From the NCBI GenBank assembly GCA_040437565.1, contig JBDOQK010000056.1, forward strand, positions 124,001 to 188,000: 64,000 nt of DNA, read 5' to 3'. Source of the stretch: Albugo candida. Taxonomy: Eukaryota. The position numbers and the translations under genes were made by a program. The notes below the pieces were generated by a model. That model did not search any database. It saw nothing but the letters and a program-made list of their open reading frames with translations, and had not been told where the DNA came from. Numbering within the stretch: position 1 is the first letter of the stretch; the number at the start of each line of letters is the position of its first letter. Below, one piece after another: positions 10,876 to 22,399 of the stretch.

Positions 10876-12117
10876 ATGAAAACGACATCCGCTCCTATTT
10901 TAATGCGCTCGGACGCGTTAAATGTACTCAAGTACCAGATCACGAGCTTCATTGGATCCTTAGACCATGTGCAAGAACATCATCTTGTCTCTATTCCGTT
11001 CCCAGCGCTAACAACGGACGGATTCTCCCAGAAAACGACTCGAATTCGACTATCACAAGCCTTTGATGCACAACCTCATCCTTGTTTGAGCGTGAGAAGC
11101 TCGCTGAAGCAATTGTGGGAAGCCAAATTGACACAGAATCCTCATATTTTTGATGCAGACAAGTTTCGACTGTCGCATTGGTTCGTGGAAGGTGAAGATA
11201 ACAACAAAAAGCTTGTAATTTGTATGGGGATGACTTCGTACCGGGCATACGTCTCGACGTGTTGCTCAGAGTATACGTCGAAATTGATTTCAGATGGTCT
11301 CCAGTTGGAATCACCCCTCCCATGCAACATGACTATGCAAGATACTTCTGCATATGCTCAAAGCGGACGCTATCTGTCCCGAAAAATAGGAGTCTCTGGG
11401 ATTCTGGAGACACTTGATAATCATCTCGTGTTGATCCGTCGGAGTGAGTCGTCTAATGTGTATCCTAATTTACTGGATACACCCGGCGGGCATCCAGAGC
11501 CCCAGGTTCATTGTATCGTCACGATCATCCAAGTCTGTAACTTACATATTTTCTGCTTAGCGAATTGGCATCGACAGCCATACATTGGAGAAGATCAATT
11601 GGGAGAAAACAGATGCGTCGTACGACCATAAAAAAGAGGAAGAAGCCGTGGGAGAATTATTCCATTCCGTCTTGGACGAGATTCACGAGGAGATCAATTT
11701 GGATAGACATCATTTAAGCCCCCCTAAATTGCTGGGAATCGTCCACCAAGGCGAAGCCCTCACGCCAAGCTTTGGTACGTCAGATTGTGCCTCCAAATGG
11801 ACCGATGTAACATTCGAACAAGCTTTCTTCGTAAAGTGTCTGCAGCATTCGGAAGAAGTGGTGAAAGCTTATGAAATGGGGCCTCAAGACGCGTTCGAGT
11901 CGAATCAATTGGTACTCCTCGAGCCGCCTTCGAAAGCGAACGGTTCCTCTCGAGCAAATTTGAATGCACATCAACTTGTTGCCACACGGAGTATAGATTG
12001 CAATCTCATGTACGTATCAGCACACCACTTCTCCTTGTGACTGATTGTTTTGACAGGAATGAGCTCACTCCATGCGCGTGCGCCGCAGTTGCATTCTGGC
12101 GGACGCGATACAAGTAG
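10876..12117 (+). CDS. Nudix hydrolase, NUDT22-like (multi-exon)
   Basis: IFDADKFRL, GMTSYRAYVST, YLSRKIGVSGILET and the split Nudix box DTPGGHPEP...ELFHSVLDEIHEEINL characteristic of NUDT22. The last exon ELTPCACAAVAFWRTRYK* ends at 12117. Confidence 0.75.
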
Positions 12118-12203
12118 CCGAACTTTGCTATCGCCGAACTTAGCCATTAAGAACCTAGAAAACTTGTATCCGTACCTTGCGTTCTCGCTCCCCAAACTGT
12201 AAA

Positions 12204-12857
12204 ATGACATCGAATCCGCAAAACTCTATCGTCCAAGGTGTGAAAATGCGCGGTGCTACGCGCGCATTGGATGGGAAGGGATTACGAATTGCGATAGTCT
12301 CTGCAAGGTGGAATGCTGAAGTCGTCCAAGCACTGGTTGCCGGTGCCAAAAAAGAGCTGCTGGCTGCAGGTGTCGCGGAAAAAGATATCGTTATGTTGCA
12401 AGTTTCCGGCGCTTACGAATTACCGTATGCTTCAAATCGCATTATCACCCAGCAGAAAATCGATGCAGTCATCCCGATTGGATGTCTGATTAAAGGAAGC
12501 ACCATGCATTTTGAATACATTGCGGAAGCGGTCTCACAAGGTCTCATGCGCGTTCAATTGGATTCCCACATCCCCGTGATGTTTGGTGTGCTTACTTGTC
12601 TGACGGAAGAGCAAGCAAAGGAGCGTGCTGGACTCACAGGAAACGGTCATAACCATGGAGAAGATTGGGCATTGACTGCTATTGAAATGGCTCGACTTCG
12701 AGAACGTACCATTCATTCTGGATGCCCGATGCGTTTGCCGGAGAAAACGCCGTACCATCACTTATCTTCGTGTCCCTTTTTCAGCGTATCTGCGTGGTTA
12801 CACGTGGCAACGATAACCGCGGTTGGTGTTGCTATTTCAGCTTTGCTCAAAAAGTGA
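12204..12857 (+). CDS. ribH: 6,7-dimethyl-8-ribityllumazine synthase with C-terminal extension
   Basis: LRIAIVSARWNAEVVQALVAGA, VSGAYELPYA, DAVIPIGCLIKGSTMHFEYI, PVMFGVLTCLTEEQAKERAG, HNHGEDWALTAIEM. Confidence 0.95.
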   Translation: MTSNPQNSIVQGVKMRGATRALDGKGLRIAIVSARWNAEVVQALVAGAKKELLAAGVAEKDIVMLQVSGAYELPYASNRIITQQKIDAVIPIGCLIKGSTMHFEYIAEAVSQGLMRVQLDSHIPVMFGVLTCLTEEQAKERAGLTGNGHNHGEDWALTAIEMARLRERTIHSGCPMRLPEKTPYHHLSSCPFFSVSAWLHVATITAVGVAISALLKK

Positions 12858-13182
12858 GATTGATGCAGAGGTAGTGCCATTTAACATAATACAGTGATTC
12901 CGCTTCTCTTTTTACATCGACCAACTACCACAGAAATGCTCGTAGGCTTCTTGCGATCAAAGATAGCTTTCGACAGAGCCTTTTGTTCCGACGAGTGCGT
13001 TGGAGAGTAGATACATGCTCTCTTTTCTTTTTTCTCTACCCCATTTGGTGCGATGATTCTTGACCACTTTCCATAAGGCCACTGACACGAATAGTACGAG
13101 TACAATCATTATCGCTTCCAAGCCACACAGCTTCATTGAATAACGGTTATAATGCATGTACTGTGTTATAATACAATACAGC

Positions 13183-14241
13183 ATGCGCGTTAGTTTGCCA
13201 AAAACCGAATCGTTTCGCCGCGTTTCGCAATCACTCAAAGTACATCGCGGTATCTGTTCCATTTCGCATCAAATACGGAGCGGAAGCACGAGCTTGGAGG
13301 TTCCGGAAAATCAATTGTCAATTAAAGAACCAAAGATAAGCACCTCCGATAATTTAGCTCGACAATTACCCCAAGAAGATGTAAGTTTTCTCGTCAACAA
13401 TTATACCGCTCCTGCCCTAGCGGCGGCCTATCAAGATCGGTATGCTCTTTCTCGAAAATGGCTTTGGCCTTCATTTCTATTCTTATAGAGAACACACACT
13501 CCGAGACTGCGCACGTCTACTGTGCGAAAACCGAATCGATGAGCTCAAAGATATTTTACGGCCGTATCAAGGTAGAAAGCACCCCGAATTACCAAATCTG
13601 CCGCTCTGAGCGCTCTGATAGATTTCTCGCTGAATCCAAATTACAAATATGTAACGAAATACACGGAAGCATTTTCGGAGCGACATCTTGATCGGATTCG
13701 GAAACGCCTTACGCGATTGCCTCGTCAAGTGACTAAAGCATATTCTCGCCGAGCTGCTGTTGTGATCCCACTTTGCATGTATGAGGATGAGCCATCCATT
13801 TTGCTGACAGTTCGCTCTCAAAGTGTCGGAAAGCATAAAGGCGAAGTTTGTTTTCCCGGTGGTATGGTGGACGCCTCGGATCGATCGATTGAAGAAACTT
13901 GTTTGCGGGAAATGGAGGAAGAAGTTGGCTTGAAACCCGATCGAGTTCACGTCCTGGGTGTTCTTCGTTGTGATTGGAGTAATGTCGCATCGATCACTGG
14001 CGTTGCTGTCACTCCGGTCGTCGGTTTTGCTGGTGATATTGACACACACTCCATTCGACTTAATCAGGCTGAAGTCGATTCACTATTTGTGATCCCTATC
14101 CGAGCCCTTGTCGATGCAAATAATTGGACGCGCAAAGAAAATGCCACACCGGTTTTCCATGGAGGACCACATGTAATTTGGGGCCTTACGGCGTATATAT
14201 TAGATTACTGCTTAAGAGAAGTGCTTGTTATCGAGCGATAA
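13183..14241 (+). CDS. Nudix CoA diphosphatase-like (NUDT8/PCD1 family), possibly with a mitochondrial presequence
   Basis: AAVVIPL, ILLTVRSQSVGKHKGEVCFPGG (CoAse motif), Nudix box LREMEEEVGL, EVDSLFVIP and IWGLTA. One intron at about 13440-13488. Confidence 0.85.
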
Positions 14242-14441
14242 ATGAGCGCTTCTGTTACGTCAGAATCACACACGTATACATTGTAAGCGGTAATTTAGGG
14301 TGAAGCATCTCTTCCACTTCTTTAGGCATTCACACCGACGAAAGTGATGGGAATCATGTAGCGCGGGAACGAATGCATTGAAGTTGCAAAGGAAACGTTG
14401 CGAATACTAGTTTCTTATTTAGTGTGATACTCTACTTTGTT

Positions 14442-15101
14442 TTATCTGTTTAATAGCCAATCCAAACTGGTGTACGAGGAAGCGTGTGATCTCGATGCGG
14501 AATGATGTTTCCCATCGGTATATGTGCGTAAACACATTGATTTTGCTCTTTTGAATCCGAATCGGATGTCAGGAGAACGTATTTTTGATAAGGAAACATA
14601 ACCTGCCCCAATACAGTACGTTTTCTCCTCACCCAAATCCGTCGAATTGGGTGCTAAAAAGCACTCCAACGCATTGCAATTGCGCAATAGTTCTTGCTCA
14701 TCCAGTGCGCGCATAAATTTCTCTAATTGTAATTGACGGTACTTGAGAAGATCTGGATCATTTGCTCGTAAATAACTCCATAGATTCCCGTCGGGAAACT
14801 CTGGTAATTGAGAAGTAATGACTGCGTCATAATGCGCGATGATATACTGATACAGCCCCAAAAATTCACTGTAACGTCGCATCACAGAGTAACGAACGAC
14901 TGGTGGAAGCTGTACATTTGTAAATGAGGAAACTTTTGTTGGCTGTAGTCGTAAAATAGACGATTTTTGCGATGCGGTAGAGCCCGCAAGTTGTGAGAAT
15001 CTTGTCGTACGTGTGTCTAAAACCTCGATATGATATCGCCAACTAGAACACCGTTTGGAAACACCGGAAATGCGCAGATCTTTTGAGTGATAAAAAGGCA
15101 T
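14442..15101 (-). CDS. PX (phox homology) domain protein
   Basis: YSVMRRYSEFLGLY, LPEFP, LLKYRQLQLEKFM and ALECFL match the PX pattern. Confidence 0.8.
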   Translation of the reverse strand: MPFYHSKDLRISGVSKRCSSWRYHIEVLDTRTTRFSQLAGSTASQKSSILRLQPTKVSSFTNVQLPPVVRYSVMRRYSEFLGLYQYIIAHYDAVITSQLPEFPDGNLWSYLRANDPDLLKYRQLQLEKFMRALDEQELLRNCNALECFLAPNSTDLGEEKTYCIGAGYVSLSKIRSPDIRFGFKRAKSMCLRTYTDGKHHSASRSHASSYTSLDWLLNR

Positions 15102-15649
15102 TTTGAGACGTTTGGCGCGGAGGTTGTCGTTGCCTATCGATACAAATGAGCAGTCACAGTGTCGTTAGGGTCCGCTGTGAAAGGCGACATGACGCATATC
15201 AGGTTAGGTATCGATTATACGAGGGTATGTTGTGTGATAGGGTTTTATCGGACCAGGTGAGTCGCTCTAGTTATGCAATCCAACAGGCTATTAAAAAGTG
15301 AAGAGCTTGACGAAGACATTTGACACCAAGTTCAAATACACTATATTTTATGTTCTGTGATCTGTGCTCTGTGCGCTCGAACGTCGAGTGTTCAGCCTTG
15401 CTATCGCGTTAACGTGATGGAAAAAAAACGCAGCAGGGAACGATAGAGTGTTGCACGTAGAACATACGGAATGAATTGCGTCAGTGGGTACGGCTATATT
15501 TGCAATAAATACAACGAATATCGTCTATGCTCGAATGACTTTCATCTTCTATTGTGCGAGTCAATGTACTCTGCAACACATTTGTGTGGCACCAATAACC
15601 TGCATGCTTTCAGTCAGAACAGTTAAACAATCGATTTACTGAGACCAAT

Positions 15650-17231
15650 ATGAAGCGGTGGGCTCCCAATATACGTCGTACCATCTCATCATGGAGAAAA
15701 AATGGTCTTATCAAGCTTACATCGCCTGAAGCTCAAGTGAAGCGATCATTTACTGTCGCACTTCAAGAACGCGCCATGCGAGCTTTGAAGGAAAAAGTGA
15801 TTGAAGATTTGGAACATAATCCGAATTTATGGCTCAGCAAATCAGCCGTTGTATGTGATCTCCTTGGTCTTGAATAGTGTCCGATATTTAGGTTTCTTGT
15901 TGCAAAACAGGACACTGCCACGGTTTCAATCCTAGATCCTTCACCGATGTATGCACACAACCACCGACAAACCGACTTAGTAAACGATATGCTATCGAGC
16001 CAATTTGAATGGTAGGATTGGTCTATCGAGAACATGTCTCGTTTCTAAGTCGTCATACTGCAGTCCAGCGCGAAAGTCGCGAATTGATACAATTGGCACT
16101 TTTGAAACACAAGAGGATCCTTTCGTACTCGTACAGGAACAGCTGAGATTTGTGACCGAAAACATCAAACAGATATTGGGTACCGATCATCCAGTTTTAT
16201 CGACCGTGGCCAAATACTTTTTTGAGCAAGATGGAGGCAAAAAAGTTCGTCCAACGATGGTGCTGTTGATCTCCCAGGCTGCAGAATCGAATCGTTTAAG
16301 CAATGACTTGCCTCTTCCCAGCTCACAGTCACCAGAATTTACCATGGCAGCACAGCAACGTCTGGCCGAGATAACGTAACCTACTTCCCATCGTGAACTC
16401 AAAATTCGCTAAATTTGTCTTGTACAGAGAAATGATCCATACTGCGAGTTTATTGCACGATGACGTTATCGACGAAGCGGAAATGCGACGTGGAATAAAA
16501 TCAGTCAACCAGGTGTTTGGCGATAAACTGTCCATTCTCGCGGGCGATTTCCTCCTCGCAAGATCATCTGTTTGTCTTGCTCGACTGAGAAGCTTAGAAG
16601 TAGTCGAGCTTATGTCCACAATTATCGAGCATTTGGTCAAAGGCGAAGTGATGCAAATGCGAAATGTCGAAGGTCGATCGAACATCAGCCTGCTTGAGTA
16701 TTATCTCCGGAAGAATTACTACAAAACAGCATCATTGATGGCGAATAGCTGCAAAGCGGCTCTCACACTCGGAAAACACACGGAATACGTTTGTGAGATG
16801 GGCTTTGCGTATGGAAGACATCTTGGGCTCGCTTTTCAGGTCTGTGAGAATATTATTTTTCAAAATGCATTTCGATCGACTTATATGGTCGAGTGATGTA
16901 GTTGATCGATGATGTATTAGATTATGAAGGTTTGGAAAGTGGGAAGCCTTTACTTGCTGATCTTAAATGTGGCGTCATCACAGCGCCACTATTGCTCGCA
17001 CAAGAACAGTTTCCAGAGTTGAAAGTGTTGAGCGATCGAAAATTTTCCCGAGATGGGGATATCGATCAAGCGTTCCATTTGGTCAGTAAGAGTTCTGGCA
17101 TACAAAAGACAAAAGAACTCGCAATCGATCAAGCAAATCTGGCTTGTGATGCAATACTACAATTTTCAGCTTCTCCAGCAAGGGATGCTCTAGTGCGTCT
17201 GGCCCAGTGCATTGTAAATCGTTCGAAATGA
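15650..17231 (+). CDS. Long-chain trans-polyprenyl (solanesyl/decaprenyl) diphosphate synthase, COQ1/PDSS1-like
   Basis: GGKKVRP, EMIHTASLLHDDVID (FARM), ILAGDFLL, YYKTASL, GLAFQLIDDVLD (SARM). In-phase GT-AG introns at 15851-15910 and 16012-16063 join the 15650 ORF (basic, presequence-like) to the core. Confidence 0.9.
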
Positions 17232-17838
17232 AGCGGAAACTGAACTCGATTCAATTCGGAAAAAATCGATTGAGCTGATCTCTGTAGAATCTTAGAATTA
17301 CATATCTGACTCATTGCGGTCGTGATTGGTTCGCTTTTATCTTAATGATGGTTCACCATAGTGAAGTAAGTATAGAAGATTGTTCGACGAATTCTTTGCA
17401 GTTCGGTTGGTCAGATGTTCTGACTGACTTTGGATCCAGATTTTTTATAGCGAATCAGGTAATAGATGGTGCAAGTCAGCACATTTCTTTATTGGCTAGA
17501 GTTTGTTGCAGATAAGTATCCTAATACTACGTGTGTCAGAGATTCGATGACGTTGCGAATATGTTGCATCTTGAAGTTGAGCTACTGCTGCAACTCTGAT
17601 AGGAATTTTATACATCATAAGATTATTTACGCATGTATACTTGCTGACTATAAGATACTGTTAGAGGCGGGTGTGCTGCTCACCGTATACCTCTAATTGA
17701 CTTGTAGTCAGGGAAATTATATTACACTATTGTAGGAGCACATACAGTATGCAATTGCTATTCGAATTTATTGTCCAGACTGAATCATCCTCAGTCTACA
17801 TCAACTAAACAGAAGTACACCTCACTTTCACAAAGTTG

Positions 17839-18927
17839 ATGCAATCCACCACACCGATCCAAATTGAATGCAGTACTTCTGCCACACAAAATGTACACTC
17901 CACAACGTGGAAAGATATCGTATGGTATAATGTCTTTGTGCTTTTACTATGGCACATTGGCGCACTCTATGCGTTGATATGCGTGCTTCCATCCTGCCGC
18001 ACCAATGAGATATTGATTCATTGGTTCTTTTTCTGGTGGCTCAGCGGGATCGGAATTACGGCTGGAGCGCATCGCTTGTGGTCCCATCGATCCTATAAAG
18101 CTTGTACCGGTCTCCGCATCTTTTTGATGCTCTGTAATTCAATGTCCTTTCAAGGTTCAATTTTCACATGGTCTCGTGATCATCGGGTGCATCATAAGGA
18201 ATCTGACTCGGACGGTGACCCACACAACTCTTCACGAGGCTTTTTCTTTGCACACATAGGCTGGATCATGGTCCGAAAACATCCTAATGTGCTCATCGCA
18301 GGAAAAAAGCTGAATCATGATGATCTTTTACAAGATCCGGTCGTATCTTTCCAGTCGCGGTATTATTTATTAACTGCTCTGATTATGTGCTATGGTATAC
18401 CGACGTATACGGGCCACCTATTGGGTAATATGATGAACGGTTTTTGGGTGGGAGCCGTATTTCGACACGTTTGGGTTCTTCATATGACGTGGTGCGTCAA
18501 TAGCGTTGCACACTTTTTTGGGTATCGGCCATACAATCAAAATTCTCGCGCGCGTGAGAATGCATTTGTGAGCATTTGCGCCATTGGCGAAGGATATCAC
18601 AACTACCAGTGCGTTACCGTACATGAATCGTATCTAAACCAACTCACGTGTTGTATGCATAGCCACAAGTATCCTTTCGACTACGCTACAAGCGAAGGTG
18701 GGATTTTCTTTGGACAATGGAACCCAACGAAATGTTTCATTGACTTTTGTGCATTCATGGGATGGGCGTACGATTTGAAACGAAGTCGATCTGCAGCTGC
18801 TGCTCGAGAAAAATGTTATGTAAAGCGTTCACCCGACGGCGAAGGTAGTAAGATACCATTGACAAAGTTGATGCAAGGAATGTTTAGTCGAATCTACTTT
18901 GGGCCGCAAGGCAAGCGCACATTTTGA
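17839..18927 (+). CDS. Delta-9 acyl-CoA desaturase (SCD/OLE1 family)
   Basis: His boxes GAHRLWSH and DHRVHHK, plus DPHNSSRGFFFAHIGW. The third box GEGYHNYHHKYP is restored by removing intron 18609-18662. Confidence 0.93.
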   Translation: MQSTTPIQIECSTSATQNVHSTTWKDIVWYNVFVLLLWHIGALYALICVLPSCRTNEILIHWFFFWWLSGIGITAGAHRLWSHRSYKACTGLRIFLMLCNSMSFQGSIFTWSRDHRVHHKESDSDGDPHNSSRGFFFAHIGWIMVRKHPNVLIAGKKLNHDDLLQDPVVSFQSRYYLLTALIMCYGIPTYTGHLLGNMMNGFWVGAVFRHVWVLHMTWCVNSVAHFFGYRPYNQNSRARENAFVSICAIGEGYHNYQCVTVHESYLNQLTCCMHSHKYPFDYATSEGGIFFGQWNPTKCFIDFCAFMGWAYDLKRSRSAAAAREKCYVKRSPDGEGSKIPLTKLMQGMFSRIYFGPQGKRTF

Positions 18928-19093
18928 TTACGCGAGGTCTCAAGCTAGAGCGACCTAATNNNNNNNNNNNNNNNNNNNNNNNNNNNNNNNNNNNNNNNNN
19001 NNNNNNNNNNNNNNNNNNNNNNNNNNNNNNNNNNNNNNNNNNNNNNNNNNNNNNNNNNNCCCTTGCAGACTGATAAGAATAAAGGGCAATTAA

Positions 19094-22000
19094 TCATCTT
19101 TCAAAGGTTTCGACTCTATCGGAATCGGAGGCGTCTAATTCACTTTCACTCTCTTTTTTATCACTTTTTCCGCTTTCTTCCTCTTCTGGCGATATCAGAC
19201 TCGAGGTCGCATTAAACGCTGCTTCCCCTTCTTCTGCAAACGCTATCACATCCTCAAAATAATCCACGAGCTCTTGGCATGTGATTCCCTCTCTAGAAAT
19301 AACTCGCAGTGGCGCGATTTCCAGCTGTTTCTCAACATCTTGCTCTAACGGGTCATTGGCTGCACCACATGATAATGAAATTTCCAATCGAAATCGCTTG
19401 GGATCATTCTTCTCAAGATGAAATCGCTCAAAGACTCTCACTACAAAATGCGTCATATAACACAGCTCTGGAATCTCTTCAATCGCCTTCTTTGCTTCGT
19501 CGCTGATCGGAGACGGTATATCGCAATCCTCGCGCGCGTATCGAAGAACATTCAAGAGTGAGTGTAAATGCGACTCACTCGTAAAGTATAGTCGCGTGCG
19601 TACAGACCGATTCTTTGATCTGATTGCGTGTTTATCTTTCGCATAATTCGGGTTCAGACGATGGGTCGGGTTTGCATGAACGCCACGAGCTAAATCCAAA
19701 TCATCTACTATCTTCATCAAAAGTGTTCGACACATGGCCGAGCCAATCTGAATCTTCTCATCAATATCGATGCCGTACTCTTGAGGAACGAGTGCGTGGG
19801 CTAAAGACGCAGCGATATCAAGACACTCGCGAACATCTTTCAAGCACAAATGCGCGTTGTGAAGTGCGTCATACCGCACACAATCGTGAATATCGGGAAT
19901 TTTGGATAAATCAAAAGTGTTACGTTTGCGGCTGTAAAAGTCTCGACATAATTTCGCCCAGCGCTCGCGCATCATTTCCAGTGTTTCTCGACCGCACGGT
20001 TCCGGGAATCTCGACTCCTTTTCATCCTTTTTCTTGCTCTCGCCAGACACATGAGGATGCTGATCGCGACGAGATACATTCGCACTCAGACTTCTAGCTC
20101 GTTCGAGCGACATTCGTCGACCATCACTATTCGAAACCTTCTCACCGTTGTTCAATTTGACGCTTGTTTTATCCATTGATTTTTCTTGGATCATTTTTGT
20201 CAATTGCTCTCGAAAATTACTCAAGAATTTGTGCATCAATTCCATTTTCTTTACCGGTTGATCCACTACCACTAACGCTTGTGCCACTGATCGAATCAGT
20301 CGTGAGCTCGAGTGTTCCAGCAATTCCGTGCAATTATCGCCAAGATGAATGATGCGATGTAATCGCTGCTTCACGCGCATGATCGTTTCTTGGACCGACG
20401 AGCCGGATTGATCTAGCATATTTTCTTCGGCTTTAGCCTTAAGGACCAGCCCAACCAAAATGGGAATGATATCGCCTTCCAAGCTCAGAAATCCTTTCGC
20501 AAACATCGCAGCTGTCTTTTGCACGCGACCTTCATCGCTGGTGTAGATCTTGAGGTCGTGACGATATGTCGAGTGCAAGCGAATGAGTCCATGACCGCCG
20601 CCAGGATACATTGTCTGACGGAATTTATGTCCCAGAGCTTCTGCTTGCTCGGCGCCAGAGTGCGTGAGATCTCCGCCCCATTTCAGAATGAGTAGGAGCT
20701 TGGAAACGCATTTTCGTAAGCCTCCGGTACTCCCTCGACGTACGGCCATATCATCCGCTTGGACGAACGAGACTTCGTTGTTGGCGTTCTCATTCATATA
20801 AACGTACTCTTTCGGTTTAAATTGTACTTTTCGATTGATTCCATTGATCCTCCAACGCTGTAACACGTCACAGAGCGTTCGATACCCTTGAACGCGATCA
20901 TTTGCATCTTCTCCGTGCTGTACCTTTCGTTCTTTGAGAAATGCCATAAATGCAGGATCACGCTGCTCGTACTTTGCAATCAATTCCCGACTCACTTGCA
21001 ATAATTCCTCTAAATCCGCCACCGCTTTGATTTTGAGATCTAATTTTTTCGACTCAGAGTTACTTTTTCTCTGGAAGTATTGTATAAACAATGGATGACA
21101 GACAAACATTTTCATCTTCTGTTTTGGTGTTCGATCCCCATGTCGAATAATAGCCAATACGCATCGAAGTTCTTCTTCCTCTCCGGTGGAGCTAATTTCA
21201 GTCCATTCCTCCGAATCGTTTGCCGTCTCTTGCTTTTCATCGACTGAGAATTTAAGATTCATTGCATTCATTGCGATCGCACTTAGTGTTCTCCATTCTA
21301 ATTGGTTTCCCAAAATTTCCGTTTTTGCGAGTTTTCTTAAAAGCAATGCTCTCTCAAGATATTTAACCAGTAACATTGCACAATCATCGTAATATTGCTC
21401 CGAATTTTTCACAAAACTCCAACCATTAACATCACAAACGAGCGATTCATTATGGACGCGAAGAATATCAAAGCCACAGACCGTTTGACCAAATGCAAGA
21501 CAGACTTTGCGAGCCATTTCCTTTTCATGGGGTTCTAAAATGACTGGATACCGAATCTCCTTGCCGTCTGCATCACGCAGAACGCGGCCGTCCAGCACAG
21601 GCGACTTTCGAGCTTCTGCGTGCGCGTAATTGGGACCCACTGTGTACACTTTGACATCAGTTCCTTGAGTAGCCTGAAATTCTTCGTAAATAAATGAACC
21701 GGTACGGCGAATCGTATTTAAGTGAGGATCGAAGACTGAAGATCGGCTACCGATTTTCCGAAATAGTTTCTTGCATCCACCACCCGCATTCATTGGATAA
21801 TATATGTAAATATTGTGATTTTCCCCATCAACAGGCTTTTCAACGAATGGTTTTGCAATACGAACGTCACGAACTTGGATGTAATCTTCATATTCTAATA
21901 CTTGATCATTTTCTATATTGTTAGAAGGATTGTCACGATTTACAAACACGTGATTTGGGAGAGGAATATTATTTTGCTGTAAGACTTGATATACTTTCCG

Positions 22001-22399
22001 ACGATCCAGTAATAGCTCTTGTTTGGTGACGTCATTGAGAACGATTGGATGATGAAGATTGACGTAGTCTTGTGCTTTGTGTAATGGAAATCCAGTTGAA
22101 TAAAATGAAATAAAAATGTCACAAACCGGCCACTGGTCGACGGTTTGATTCAGTATCACGTGGTCACCAAAAATGACAACTTTGAAAATATTGGATGGAA
22201 AACGCGATAAAATTGCTTGCATCGGTAAAGAATGCGCTTTCTTTTCCATTGCACAAATTCCAACGATGTACAAACGGTCGGATTGAAAGCATGATTCCGG
22301 AATGGTTGTATCCATAGACACCGGATCCGCAGCAATTTCTAAAAGACTTTTTGTAGAAAAACTCCTTATATTCGTAGAATTTGGAACAAACGATTGCAT
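19094..22399 (-). CDS. VIP1: Inositol hexakisphosphate/diphosphoinositol-pentakisphosphate kinase (PPIP5K/Vip1)
   Basis: ATP-grasp kinase motifs ISFYSTGFPL, KPFVEKPVDGENHNIYIYYP, HAEARKSP and CDVNGWSFVK; histidine phosphatase RHGDRTPKQK; VRTRLYFTSESH. Confidence 0.96.
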   Translation of the reverse strand: MQSFVPNSTNIRSFSTKSLLEIAADPVSMDTTIPESCFQSDRLYIVGICAMEKKAHSLPMQAILSRFPSNIFKVVIFGDHVILNQTVDQWPVCDIFISFYSTGFPLHKAQDYVNLHHPIVLNDVTKQELLLDRRKVYQVLQQNNIPLPNHVFVNRDNPSNNIENDQVLEYEDYIQVRDVRIAKPFVEKPVDGENHNIYIYYPMNAGGGCKKLFRKIGSRSSVFDPHLNTIRRTGSFIYEEFQATQGTDVKVYTVGPNYAHAEARKSPVLDGRVLRDADGKEIRYPVILEPHEKEMARKVCLAFGQTVCGFDILRVHNESLVCDVNGWSFVKNSEQYYDDCAMLLVKYLERALLLRKLAKTEILGNQLEWRTLSAIAMNAMNLKFSVDEKQETANDSEEWTEISSTGEEEELRCVLAIIRHGDRTPKQKMKMFVCHPLFIQYFQRKSNSESKKLDLKIKAVADLEELLQVSRELIAKYEQRDPAFMAFLKERKVQHGEDANDRVQGYRTLCDVLQRWRINGINRKVQFKPKEYVYMNENANNEVSFVQADDMAVRRGSTGGLRKCVSKLLLILKWGGDLTHSGAEQAEALGHKFRQTMYPGGGHGLIRLHSTYRHDLKIYTSDEGRVQKTAAMFAKGFLSLEGDIIPILVGLVLKAKAEENMLDQSGSSVQETIMRVKQRLHRIIHLGDNCTELLEHSSSRLIRSVAQALVVVDQPVKKMELMHKFLSNFREQLTKMIQEKSMDKTSVKLNNGEKVSNSDGRRMSLERARSLSANVSRRDQHPHVSGESKKKDEKESRFPEPCGRETLEMMRERWAKLCRDFYSRKRNTFDLSKIPDIHDCVRYDALHNAHLCLKDVRECLDIAASLAHALVPQEYGIDIDEKIQIGSAMCRTLLMKIVDDLDLARGVHANPTHRLNPNYAKDKHAIRSKNRSVRTRLYFTSESHLHSLLNVLRYAREDCDIPSPISDEAKKAIEEIPELCYMTHFVVRVFERFHLEKNDPKRFRLEISLSCGAANDPLEQDVEKQLEIAPLRVISREGITCQELVDYFEDVIAFAEEGEAAFNATSSLISPEEEESGKSDKKESESELDASDSDRVETFER

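Noticed and set aside
15650-15877. Stand-alone 75-aa small ORF
   Set aside because: It splices in phase into the polyprenyl synthase as exon 1.
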